Assembly: GCA_002923315.1 (NCBI GenBank)
Contig: BEHM01000017.1
Span: 1,000 to 64,999 of the forward strand
Source of the DNA: a bacterium HR10
GTDB lineage: Bacteria > Acidobacteriota > Blastocatellia > HR10
Reading direction: 5' to 3'
Length of the DNA stretch: 64,000 bases
Part shown: positions 1 to 7,936 of the stretch, piece after piece
How the letters are laid out: every line of letters begins with the position of its first letter
Numbering within the stretch: position 1 is the stretch's first letter
Made by a program: the position numbers and the translations under genes
Notes under the pieces: generated by a model
Told to the model about the DNA's origin: nothing
Seen by the model: only the letters and a program-made list of their open reading frames with translations
The model's database searches: none

Positions 1-581
1 CGGTAGAACTCCTCAGCGGCGATCGTGCGCTCCCCGCGCGGACCGATGAGTCGAAGTCGAGCGCCTAAGGCGATCATCACCGGAGCACCGTCAGAGGAGG
101 AGACAGCCCAACAGCGCGTTCCGCCAGGAGCGACGGGACAGGTTGTTCCATCCTTTTTCAAGCAAAATCCGATCGCTTCGCGCCAGAAGAAGGTTTGATC
201 GTAGTAGGTGCAGCGCGTATCCACGCAGAGGTTCCCCCCGACCGTGCCCATGGAACGGATCGGCGGATGAGCGACCATCGCGAAGGCTCGCGCGAGAGCC
301 GGATAGGCGAGGACCACTTCGCTCTGTGCGAGCACGTGCGCGAGCGTGAGACCTGCGCCGAGCGTCACGCCCTCGCGTCCGGTCCATGCGAGACGGGTCA
401 GCTCAGGAATGTGCCGTACGCTGACGAGAACGGCGGGTTCGATCTGTCGCCGCTTCATCTTCGGATAGAGATCCGTCCCTCCGGCGACGATCCGAGCCCG
501 CGAGCCGTGATCGCTCAAGATGCGGAGCGCCTCCTCCAGCGACCGCGGAGCATAGTATCGAAACGGTGGAAGTCGAAGCAT
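1..581 (-). CDS. FAD-binding medium subunit of a xanthine-dehydrogenase-family molybdoenzyme (HcrB/CoxM-like); C-terminus cut by window edge
   Basis: Not in the ORF track because it runs off the window. Hand translation of the minus strand from ATG 581 (GGAGGGG 4 nt upstream, 12 nt after the large-subunit stop) gives MLRLPPFRYYAPRSLEEALRILSDHGSRARIVAGGTDLYPKMK...GTVGGNLCVDTRCTYYDQTFFWREAIGFCLKKDGTTCPVAPGGTRCWAV. This is a typical FAD-subunit N-terminus plus a Cys-rich loop. Confidence 0.8.
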   Translation of the reverse strand, partial: MLRLPPFRYYAPRSLEEALRILSDHGSRARIVAGGTDLYPKMKRRQIEPAVLVSVRHIPELTRLAWTGREGVTLGAGLTLAHVLAQSEVVLAYPALARAFAMVAHPPIRSMGTVGGNLCVDTRCTYYDQTFFWREAIGFCLKKDGTTCPVAPGGTRCWAVSSSDGAPVMIALGARLRLIGPRGERTIAAEEFY

Positions 582-593
582 TGTGCCCCTCCT

Positions 594-2984
594 TCACGTG
601 AGATCACCGAGCGATCGCCATTCCGGTGGCGGCTCGACGCGAATCGGCTCCGGCCAGGCGAGCGAGGGAATGGAGGTGGGGCCGATGCGTCCAGATCCGC
701 CGCGCGCCTTATCCTCCAAGCCCTTGAGCACCTTCTCCGGCGTGATGGGCAGCTCATCAATCCGCACTCCGACGGCGTCATAGACGGCATTGGCGATGGC
801 CGGCGGGATGGGAAGCAAAGGGCCTTGTCCGGCTTCCTTCGCTCCGAATGGACCGTGGGGATCATCGGTCTCGATCAGAAAACACTCCACCTCCGGCATC
901 TCCCATGTCGTCGGGCTTTTGTAGTCGAGCATCGAAGGCGCCGTGTGCACTCCGAGACGCGAGCGGAAAGTTTGTTCCTCCATGAGCGCTTCCCCCAAGC
1001 CCATATAGACGCTGCCGTGAATCTGTCCTTCGACCAGGCGGGGATTGATCGCGCGCCCGATGTCATGAGCGATCCAGATCTTCTCGACCCGAACGAATCC
1101 GGTCTCCGGATCCACGGACACCTGAGCGACGCACGCCGAATAGCTATAGGACGGCGAAGGTCCCACCCCCGCCCCCTTGTATCGTCCCAGCGGTTTCGGT
1201 GGCGTATAGCTGCCGACGGCCCCCAATGTACCGAATCGCGCTTCCGCGAGCTGAGCGGCCTCAGCGAAATCCAATCCCCGATCCGGATCAGCACGATCGA
1301 AGATGCGCCGCCCGCGCGCCAGGAGCTGATCTTCGGGGACATCGAGGCGCTCGGCCGCCGCGCGAAAGAGCAAGTGCCGCAGCCGCTCGGCCGCCTCCAC
1401 AGCCGCATTTCCCGCCATGACGGTCACGCGGCTCGAATAGCTCCCCAAATCTACCGGTGTCAGGTCCGTATCCGCCGTCACGACGCGGACATCTTCTGGG
1501 AGAATCCCGAGGATCTCGGCGACGATGTAGGCGAGGATGGAGTCTGACCCCTGTCCGATGTCCGCGCTCCCGCAGAAGACGGTCACCCCTCCCTCTCGAT
1601 CAATTTTGATCTGAACCCCGGAATGCGGCATGTCGTTCCAATAGATCGGCAATCCCGCCCCGCTCAAATATGCGCTGCAGGCGAAGCCCACCCCCCGCCC
1701 GAACGGCAAGCGCCGGAACTTCTCGCGAAATCCCGAGGCCTCGACGACGCGATCAATACACGCTCGGAGCCCGCAACTGGAGATGCGCAGCCAGTTCACG
1801 GTGAGCGATGGGGCCTCGACGATCTGACGCCGCCGCATCTCGACGGGATCGAGGCCTAAGTCTTCGGCGATCTTGTCCAGATGCACCTCCAGCGCGAAGC
1901 GCGGCTGCGGGGTCCCGTGCCCGCGTTTGGGACCGCACGGCGGCTTGTTCGTGAAGACGCGCACGCCCTCGAACTTGTAGCGCGGGATCTTGTAGGTGAC
2001 CGTCTGCAGCGCTCCCGTATAGTACGTCGTCGCGACGCCATAGCTGCCATACGCCCCTCCGTCGAGGAAAGATCGAACATGCATGGCCGTGATCGTCCCA
2101 TCGCGCCGAACGCCCGTCTTGATCCACATGAGCACGGGATGCCGCCCCCGATGCACATAGAACACTTCCTCGCGCGTGAGCGTGATCTTCACCGGGCGAC
2201 CGGTCAACATGGCGAGCTTCGCGACGACGATCTCGTGCGAGAACGGATCGCTCTTGCCGCCGAACCCCCCGCCGACGGGCGTCGCGATCACGCGAATACG
2301 ATGGGGAGGCAGGCCGAGCACCTTCGCCAGCGCGCGATGCACATAGTGGGGCGTTTGCGTGCTGCTCCAGAGCGTGAGCCGACCATCGGGCCCGTAGTGC
2401 GCCACGGCGGCATGCTGCTCCAGAGGCAGGTGCGTGCTGCCGGCGTAGAAGAAGATGTCCTCCCGCACATAGTCCGCCTGCGCGAACCCCTCGGCCACAT
2501 CCCCGAACTCCAGTGAGACCAGCTTGTGCATATTCGGCCCATCCCCGTACTCGTGAATGCGCACGGAGGATTCGGCCAGTGCCTGTTCCATGGTCAGGAG
2601 GGCGGGCAGCGGTTCGTATTCGACCTCGATGAGTCGGAGGGCCTCCTCGGCCGTCCATTCATCAACGGCGGCGACGGCGGCCACCGGATCGCCCACGAAC
2701 CGCACCTTCTCCACGCAGAGCGCTTCTTCATCCTGGCTCACCGGGAGAATCCCGAAGCGCGTCGGCAGATCCCGCCCGGTGAGGACGGCGTGGACCCCGG
2801 GCACAGCCCGCGCGCGGCTCACGTCTATCCGCCGAATCCGCGCATGCGCGTGCGGACTGCGGAGGATCTTCGCATAGAGCATGCGCGGCAAGTGAAGATC
2901 GTCCGCATAGCGCGTCTCTCCCGTACACTTCGATAATGCGTCCACCTTGGGCCACGGCTTACCGATCACGTTGAGGTCACGCAT
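594..2984 (-). CDS. Xanthine-dehydrogenase-family molybdopterin-binding large subunit (HcrA/CoxL-like)
   Basis: Track ORF 594..3092 trimmed to ATG 2984 (MRDLNVIGKPWPKVDALSKCTGETRYADD). CAGGAGG lies 6 nt upstream and the start is 17 nt after the small-subunit stop. GGGFGGK and GLGEALMEE family motifs are present. Confidence 0.9.
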   Translation of the reverse strand: MRDLNVIGKPWPKVDALSKCTGETRYADDLHLPRMLYAKILRSPHAHARIRRIDVSRARAVPGVHAVLTGRDLPTRFGILPVSQDEEALCVEKVRFVGDPVAAVAAVDEWTAEEALRLIEVEYEPLPALLTMEQALAESSVRIHEYGDGPNMHKLVSLEFGDVAEGFAQADYVREDIFFYAGSTHLPLEQHAAVAHYGPDGRLTLWSSTQTPHYVHRALAKVLGLPPHRIRVIATPVGGGFGGKSDPFSHEIVVAKLAMLTGRPVKITLTREEVFYVHRGRHPVLMWIKTGVRRDGTITAMHVRSFLDGGAYGSYGVATTYYTGALQTVTYKIPRYKFEGVRVFTNKPPCGPKRGHGTPQPRFALEVHLDKIAEDLGLDPVEMRRRQIVEAPSLTVNWLRISSCGLRACIDRVVEASGFREKFRRLPFGRGVGFACSAYLSGAGLPIYWNDMPHSGVQIKIDREGGVTVFCGSADIGQGSDSILAYIVAEILGILPEDVRVVTADTDLTPVDLGSYSSRVTVMAGNAAVEAAERLRHLLFRAAAERLDVPEDQLLARGRRIFDRADPDRGLDFAEAAQLAEARFGTLGAVGSYTPPKPLGRYKGAGVGPSPSYSYSACVAQVSVDPETGFVRVEKIWIAHDIGRAINPRLVEGQIHGSVYMGLGEALMEEQTFRSRLGVHTAPSMLDYKSPTTWEMPEVECFLIETDDPHGPFGAKEAGQGPLLPIPPAIANAVYDAVGVRIDELPITPEKVLKGLEDKARGGSGRIGPTSIPSLAWPEPIRVEPPPEWRSLGDLT

Positions 2985-3001
2985 CGCCCGCCTCCTGATG
3001 C

Positions 3002-3502
3002 TCAGCGACCATCGGTCGCCGCCGAACGCACGTCCCGCAGCTGCGCGGCCGCGCGCTCGACCGCCTCCAGGATTTGGATGTACCCCGTGCACCGACAGAG
3101 ATTCCCAGAGAGCGCTTCTGCGATCTCCTGCCGCGTCGGGGTCGGATTTCGATCAAGCAGAGCCTTCGCCGAGAGCACAACGCCCGGCGTGCAATATCCG
3201 CACTGCGCTGCCCCCATCTCGGCGAAGGCTTGCTGCAAGGGATGCGGACGTCCGCGCTCCATGAGTCCCTCGATGGTGAGGATCTCCCGCCCCTGCAGCT
3301 CGATCGGCAGCACCAGGCACGAGAGCACCGGCTCTCCATCCACCAGGACCGTGCACGCGCCGCATTCCCCAAGTTCGCACCCATGCTTCGTCCCAGTCAA
3401 GTTCAGATCCTCACGCAGGACTTCCAGAAGCGTCTTGAACACGGGCACGGCGAGCGTGTGCAGTTCTCCATTGACCTTCAGCGTGATGAGATGTTTCTCC
3501 AT
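3002..3502 (-). CDS. Molybdenum-hydroxylase small subunit with two [2Fe-2S] clusters (HcrC/CoxS-like)
   Basis: Track ORF, 166 aa. Contains GCELGECGAC...C (plant-type cluster) and CGYCTPG...LCRCTGY (second cluster). Confidence 0.9.
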   Translation of the reverse strand: MEKHLITLKVNGELHTLAVPVFKTLLEVLREDLNLTGTKHGCELGECGACTVLVDGEPVLSCLVLPIELQGREILTIEGLMERGRPHPLQQAFAEMGAAQCGYCTPGVVLSAKALLDRNPTPTRQEIAEALSGNLCRCTGYIQILEAVERAAAQLRDVRSAATDGR

Positions 3503-3511
3503 CCCTTCCTC

Positions 3512-4135
3512 CTACTTCGCAGTCCCGGTCTCGCGAGCTTTCAAGCCCCGGACCAAATAATCGGCGAAGACCTCACCGATCTCCTGCGCCGACCGAGGGC
3601 CATGCGGGGAGAACCACCGGACCGTCCAATTGATCGCCCCCAGGATGGCGAACGCCATGAGCTTCGGATCCCCCTCCCGAAAGATCCCCCGCTCCATGCC
3701 CTCCCGGATGATCTCTCGCACTCCGCGTTCATACCGATCGCGCTTCTCAATGATCTTCCGCAGCCGACGCGGGGAGAGCAGATGGAAGTCGGCGTGCATG
3801 GCCGAGGCGTTCAACTCATCCAGGATGATGCCCACCTGTTCTCGGATCAGCCGATGCAGTTGCTCATCGGGAGGAACCCCGCTCCGTCGGATCTCCTCCA
3901 GCCGAGCGAGCAGCAGATCGAGCGAATAGTCCTGGCAGAAGTAGAGGATCTCCTCCTTGCTCCGGAAATAGTAGTAGAGATTCCCCTTGGTCATGTGCAG
4001 CCGCCGCGCGATCTCCTCCATCGTCGTCGCCGAGACCCCCCGTTGTCGGAACGCCTCAGCAGCGCACCGCAAGATCTCGAGCTTCGTCCGCTCGATCCTC
4101 TGCCTCCGCCTGAGGTCTCTTGACCGTTTGTTCAA
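3512..4135 (-). CDS. TetR-family transcriptional regulator
   Basis: HTH region ILRCAAEAFRQRGVSATTMEEIARRLHMTKGNLYYYFRSKEEIL. The track ORF 3512..4378 runs across the tRNA gene, so I trim to TTG 4135 (GGAGGA 8 nt upstream). The start is uncertain. The gene ends 9 nt before the small-subunit start. Confidence 0.75.
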   Translation of the reverse strand: MNKRSRDLRRRQRIERTKLEILRCAAEAFRQRGVSATTMEEIARRLHMTKGNLYYYFRSKEEILYFCQDYSLDLLLARLEEIRRSGVPPDEQLHRLIREQVGIILDELNASAMHADFHLLSPRRLRKIIEKRDRYERGVREIIREGMERGIFREGDPKLMAFAILGAINWTVRWFSPHGPRSAQEIGEVFADYLVRGLKARETGTAK

Positions 4136-4167
4136 TTTTCCGATCCTCCGGTCAAAAGTTCGAGGAA

Positions 4168-4197
4168 ATGATACGCGAACGGGTCGAGGATCGTCAA
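4168..4197 (-). promoter_or_regulatory. Sigma70-type promoter for tetR and the hydroxylase operon: TTGACG-18-TATCAT
   Basis: Minus strand reads ccgTTGACGatcctcgacccgttcgcgTATCATttcc, about 30 nt upstream of the TTG start. Confidence 0.5.
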
Positions 4198-4317
4198 CGG
4201 GTGAAGGGCGCGGGGACTCGACGCGCCTCTCGCCCCGTCCCCGGCCCTCAAGGCCGCATGATCGGGCGAAAGGGCACGAGGCCTTCTGCGTCCCTGCGAG
4301 GGCGCGGACGTCGGTTC

Positions 4318-4347
4318 TTGACAATCCCACCAAACCCTGGCTATAGT
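4318..4347 (+). promoter_or_regulatory. Sigma70-type promoter for tRNA-Gln: TTGACA-18-TATAGT
   Basis: cTTGACAatcccaccaaaccctggcTATAGTgagaaatcgaacgagc is followed by tRNA position 1 at 4364. Confidence 0.6.
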
Positions 4348-4363
4348 GAGAAATCGAACGAGC

Positions 4364-4438
4364 TGGGAGCTCGTCCAATTGGCAGGACAGCGGACTCTGG
4401 ATCCGCGAATCGGGGTTCGAATCCCTGGCTCCCAGCCA
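4364..4438 (+). tRNA. tRNA-Gln (anticodon CUG), CCA encoded
   Basis: Folded by hand, 75 nt. Acceptor TGGGAGC/GCTCCCA, D arm GTCC-AATTGGCA-GGAC, anticodon arm GCGGA-CTCTGGA-TCCGC, T arm CGGGG-TTCGAAT-CCCTG, discriminator G plus CCA. It has the U1-A72 pair typical of bacterial tRNA-Gln. Confidence 0.9.
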
Positions 4439-4460
4439 TTTTCGTTATCGGTGCGCGAAG

Positions 4461-5750
4461 ATGGACGGAGCCCGCTCACCCCAGCTCCTCTCGCCCTCCA
4501 CACGCGAAACGCTCGCAGCGATACGGCGTCCCGGGTTCTCCACCGTCTTTCGGAACCGGGGGTTTCGCACCCTCTGGCTCGCGCAGGCCGTGAGCGGGAT
4601 GGGGAGTTGGCTCGTGGTGTTCGCTCTCCTGAATCTGGGAGGCTTCCGATTCCAGCTCTCGGCCGGCGCACTTGGGGGAATGGCCGCGCTCTTCTTCCTG
4701 ACGCTCGCATTGGTCTTCCCGCTGGCGGGAGCGTTCGTGGATCGGGCGAGCCCACGACGGGTGATGATCATGGCCGACAGTCTCCGTGCCGGCGTGATGG
4801 CCCTGCTCTGGCTCGCGTGGGAGCCGCCGCTCATCTATCCGGTCATGCTTCTGACCGGATGCATGACGTGTTTCTTCCTCTCGGCGCAGATGGCCCTGCT
4901 CCCGTCGGTGGTGGAGCGGGAAGAGTTGCTCGTCGCCAATGCCGTGAGCGCTCAGACGCAACAGGTGAACGGGATCCTGGCTCCACTTCTGGCTGGTGCG
5001 CTCATCGCGCGTCTGGGCGAGCGCCTGTGTTTCGCTCTGAACGGGTTGAGCTTTCTCTTCTCCGCCCTCTGCCTCTCTCGCCTCGCGCCGCGCCAGGAGG
5101 GCCACATCGCGCGCGCTGAGCGCCGCTCCTATCGCCCTCGGGCATTCACGCGCGAGCTTCGGAGCGCCCTCAATCTGTTCCTGCGCGATCGCCTCCTTGT
5201 CTCGGTGATGGGATTGGCCATGCTGCTGATCGTGGCAGCGAGCGCCGTCAATGTGTTCGGGGTCATCTACGTGCGCGACGTCTTGCGCGCCGGTCCACAT
5301 GCTTTCGGATCGCTCCTCTCCGCCCTTGGCGCCGGCATGGCGATCGGGATCGGGCTCGTGGGGAGATATGCCCACGCCGTCCGGCGCATCGCCCTCATTC
5401 GCGCGAGCGCAGTGGCGATTGGCCTCGGCTTGATCAGCGTGACGTGGTTCACCCGTGTGCTCGACGTACTCATCGGCGCCTTCCTCATGGGCGTGGCGGC
5501 AGCGGCCTTCCTCATCCCGACGCAGACGCTCGTTCAAGAGCGCACACCTGCGCGGTTTCTCGGGCGCATGAGCGGCCTCTTGTGGTCGCTCGTGTTCGCC
5601 ACTCAAGCCCTCTCGGTCACGCTCGTCGGCGGCTTGGCCTCGGTGCTGACGCTGCCGTCCCTCTACCGCGCGCTGGGGATGGGGCTCTTGGTTTTCACGG
5701 GCCTCACGACGCTCTATGCGCAGGAACCCCGACGCCTCGCCTCGGCGTGA
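4461..5750 (+). CDS. MFS transporter
   Basis: Track ORF, 429 aa. Multiple hydrophobic spans and an N-terminal FRNRGFRTLWLAQAVSGMGSW motif typical of MFS_3/EntS-like exporters. Confidence 0.8.
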   Translation: MDGARSPQLLSPSTRETLAAIRRPGFSTVFRNRGFRTLWLAQAVSGMGSWLVVFALLNLGGFRFQLSAGALGGMAALFFLTLALVFPLAGAFVDRASPRRVMIMADSLRAGVMALLWLAWEPPLIYPVMLLTGCMTCFFLSAQMALLPSVVEREELLVANAVSAQTQQVNGILAPLLAGALIARLGERLCFALNGLSFLFSALCLSRLAPRQEGHIARAERRSYRPRAFTRELRSALNLFLRDRLLVSVMGLAMLLIVAASAVNVFGVIYVRDVLRAGPHAFGSLLSALGAGMAIGIGLVGRYAHAVRRIALIRASAVAIGLGLISVTWFTRVLDVLIGAFLMGVAAAAFLIPTQTLVQERTPARFLGRMSGLLWSLVFATQALSVTLVGGLASVLTLPSLYRALGMGLLVFTGLTTLYAQEPRRLASA

Positions 5751-5851
5751 ATATGGTCTCCCCCGCTGCTTCTGGGCCTTGCGTGGGGGTGAGCCTTGTT
5801 ACGGTCGCACGGGCGACGTACAATTGATCTCCCAATCCTGAGGAGGCGACG

Positions 5852-6991
5852 ATGAAGGAGCTGCAGGACATTTTGCGAGCGCTCGGCGAAGGCCATGACA
5901 AGGGAGGACCGATGGCCTTGGCCACGGTCGTTCATGTCGAGGGATCGGCCTATCGGCGCGAGGGAGCGAAGCTGCTGCTCTCCCCCAAGGGTGAGATGGT
6001 GGGCAGCATCAGCGCTGGATGCTTAGAGGGGGATGTCCTGGAGTGGACGCGCCGCGTCCTCGAAAGCGGAACGCCGATATTGCGGCACTATGATCTCACC
6101 AGTGAAGACGAGCTGGTGTGGGGATTCGGCATGGGCTGCAATGGCCGGATTGAAGTGTGGATCGAACCGCTCACGCTGGCGCAGCCATATCTGGAGCGCG
6201 CGCGCGAGGTCTTCGAGCGCGAGCGAGCCGTGGCTGTAGCAACGCTCGTCGGCGTCTCGGAAGGTTCGACGTTGAAACCCGGGTCGAAGCTCCTGATCCC
6301 CGCCGAAGGGAACCCCTCGGGCACTCTCGGCGACGCCGCCTTGGATGCCGCCGTCGAGCGCGATGCGCGCGCGCTTCTGGAAACCGGGCGATCGAAGACC
6401 GTGGCCTATGAGGCCGCTCACCTCGGGAGCGCGGCCTGGGTGGGAGAAGCGCGCGTGTTCATTGACTGTTTCCTCCCCCCTCCGCACTTGGTTGTCTTCG
6501 GAGCAGGAGCCGATGCGATCCCTCTGGTCCGATTTGCGAAAGAAGCGGGGTTTCGCGTCACGGTCGTGGACCATCGGCCGCGGTTCGTCACGCCGGACCG
6601 TTTCCCCTGGGCGGACCGTCTGATCCTGGCCCACCCGGAGGAAGCGCCGCATCGGCTCGCGCTCACCCGAGGGATGTATGTCGTCGTGCTCACGCACAAC
6701 TTCCACGTAGATGCGAAGCTGTTGGCGTGGTTGCTCGCGAGTCCGGTGGAGTATATTGGTCTGCTCGGCCCACGAGAGCGACGCGAGCTGCTGTTGCGCA
6801 ATCTGCGCGAGCAGGGGATCGAACCGTCTCCGGAAGGGATGCGGAAGCTCTATGCTCCGGTCGGCTTGGACATCGGCGCGGAGGGACCGGAGCAGATCGC
6901 CCTTTCGATCGTGAGTGAAATCCTGGCTGTGAAGAACCGCCGCGCGGGGACCTTTCTCCGCGAGCGTCAGAAGCCCATTCACGCCGATTGA
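5852..6991 (+). CDS. xdhC: XdhC/CoxI-family molybdenum-cofactor insertion chaperone
   Basis: Track ORF, 379 aa. MALATVVHVEGSAYRREGAKLLL...GSISAGCLEGDV N-domain and a Rossmann-like C-domain (VVFGAGADAIPL). GAGGAGG Shine-Dalgarno sequence. Confidence 0.85.
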   Translation: MKELQDILRALGEGHDKGGPMALATVVHVEGSAYRREGAKLLLSPKGEMVGSISAGCLEGDVLEWTRRVLESGTPILRHYDLTSEDELVWGFGMGCNGRIEVWIEPLTLAQPYLERAREVFERERAVAVATLVGVSEGSTLKPGSKLLIPAEGNPSGTLGDAALDAAVERDARALLETGRSKTVAYEAAHLGSAAWVGEARVFIDCFLPPPHLVVFGAGADAIPLVRFAKEAGFRVTVVDHRPRFVTPDRFPWADRLILAHPEEAPHRLALTRGMYVVVLTHNFHVDAKLLAWLLASPVEYIGLLGPRERRELLLRNLREQGIEPSPEGMRKLYAPVGLDIGAEGPEQIALSIVSEILAVKNRRAGTFLRERQKPIHAD

Positions 6992-7002
6992 GCGCATGAG
7001 GC

Positions 7003-7893
7003 TCATCCGGAGGAGTCCCGCGCGCCGATCCCCGGCGATGCGAGCACGCGGTCGGCGATCATCTGCCGATATGCGGCGTAGAGCTGTCGAAAGACCGGAC
7101 CTGGGACTCCACTCCCTATCGGCTCCCCGTCCACAGCGATGACGGCCAGAAGTTCCGTGACCGTGCCCGCGATGAGCACCTCGCGCGCTGATCTCAACTC
7201 CGCGAGCGGAAGGTCGCGTTCCTCCGTGCGATACCCCAACTGCTGAGCCAACCGCAGGATGAAGCCTCGCGTGATGCCCGCCAGAATGCGATGATCGGCG
7301 ATGGGCGTCACCAGCGCTTCGCCCGTCCAGGCGAAGACATTGCTGCTGGTTCCCTCCATCACCAACCCATCGCGCACGAAGAGGGCCTCGAAGGCCCCTG
7401 CGCGATGCGCGCGCTCTTTGGCCAGGACGTTCGGGAGCAGGCAGATGGATTTGATGTCGCAGCGCGCCCATCGCTCATCCGGCACGGTGAGCGCGCGAAC
7501 CCCGTGCTCGCGCAGCTCCGGCGGGATGAGGCGGACCGAGCGCACCGTCATCACGAGCGTCGGGCGCGCGTCCTCGGGGAAGAGGTGATTGCGGCGGGCC
7601 GCGCCGCGCGTGACCTGAATATACAGCTCAGCCTCGGCGATCCCCGCGCGCGCGACGAGTTCCTCGGCCACTACTGCCAGCTCTCCGAGTGAGAGCGGGA
7701 GCGACAGCTCGATCTCCCGCGCGCTGCGCTGCAAGCGCTCCAGATGCTCCGCGAGCGCGAAAGGCCTCCCGCCATAAACGCGCACGACCTCGTACACCCC
7801 ATCGCCGAACTGAAACCCGCGATCTTCGACGGAGACTTTCGCCGAGGCGAAATCGAGAATCTCTCCGTTGAGCCAGACCAATCCGTCCGACAT
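7003..7893 (-). CDS. Class IV (D-amino-acid / branched-chain) aminotransferase
   Basis: Track ORF, 296 aa. VSVEDRGFQFGDGVYEVVRVYGGRPFALAEHLERLQRSA is the fold-type IV signature region. ATG 7893 has a GGAGGGAGGA Shine-Dalgarno sequence. Confidence 0.85.
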   Translation of the reverse strand: MSDGLVWLNGEILDFASAKVSVEDRGFQFGDGVYEVVRVYGGRPFALAEHLERLQRSAREIELSLPLSLGELAVVAEELVARAGIAEAELYIQVTRGAARRNHLFPEDARPTLVMTVRSVRLIPPELREHGVRALTVPDERWARCDIKSICLLPNVLAKERAHRAGAFEALFVRDGLVMEGTSSNVFAWTGEALVTPIADHRILAGITRGFILRLAQQLGYRTEERDLPLAELRSAREVLIAGTVTELLAVIAVDGEPIGSGVPGPVFRQLYAAYRQMIADRVLASPGIGARDSSG

Positions 7894-7936
7894 GTGTTCG
7901 TCCTCCCTCCTCGCTCTCAGCTCCTTCGGCTTCGCT

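Noticed and set aside
195-1547. 450-aa plus-strand ORF
   Set aside because: Antisense shadow of the molybdenum-hydroxylase large and FAD subunits, with low-complexity Arg/Ser/Asp-rich translation. The same reasoning rejects 3074..4123, 4476..5606, 6023..7471, 7744..8766, 8975..9991, 12160..13077 and 13020..13949.
3512-4378. Full-length 288-aa version of the TetR ORF
   Set aside because: The upstream 80 codons or so cross the tRNA-Gln gene and both promoters and are Arg/Pro/Ser-rich. A TTG with a good Shine-Dalgarno sequence at 4135 gives a normal-sized TetR protein.
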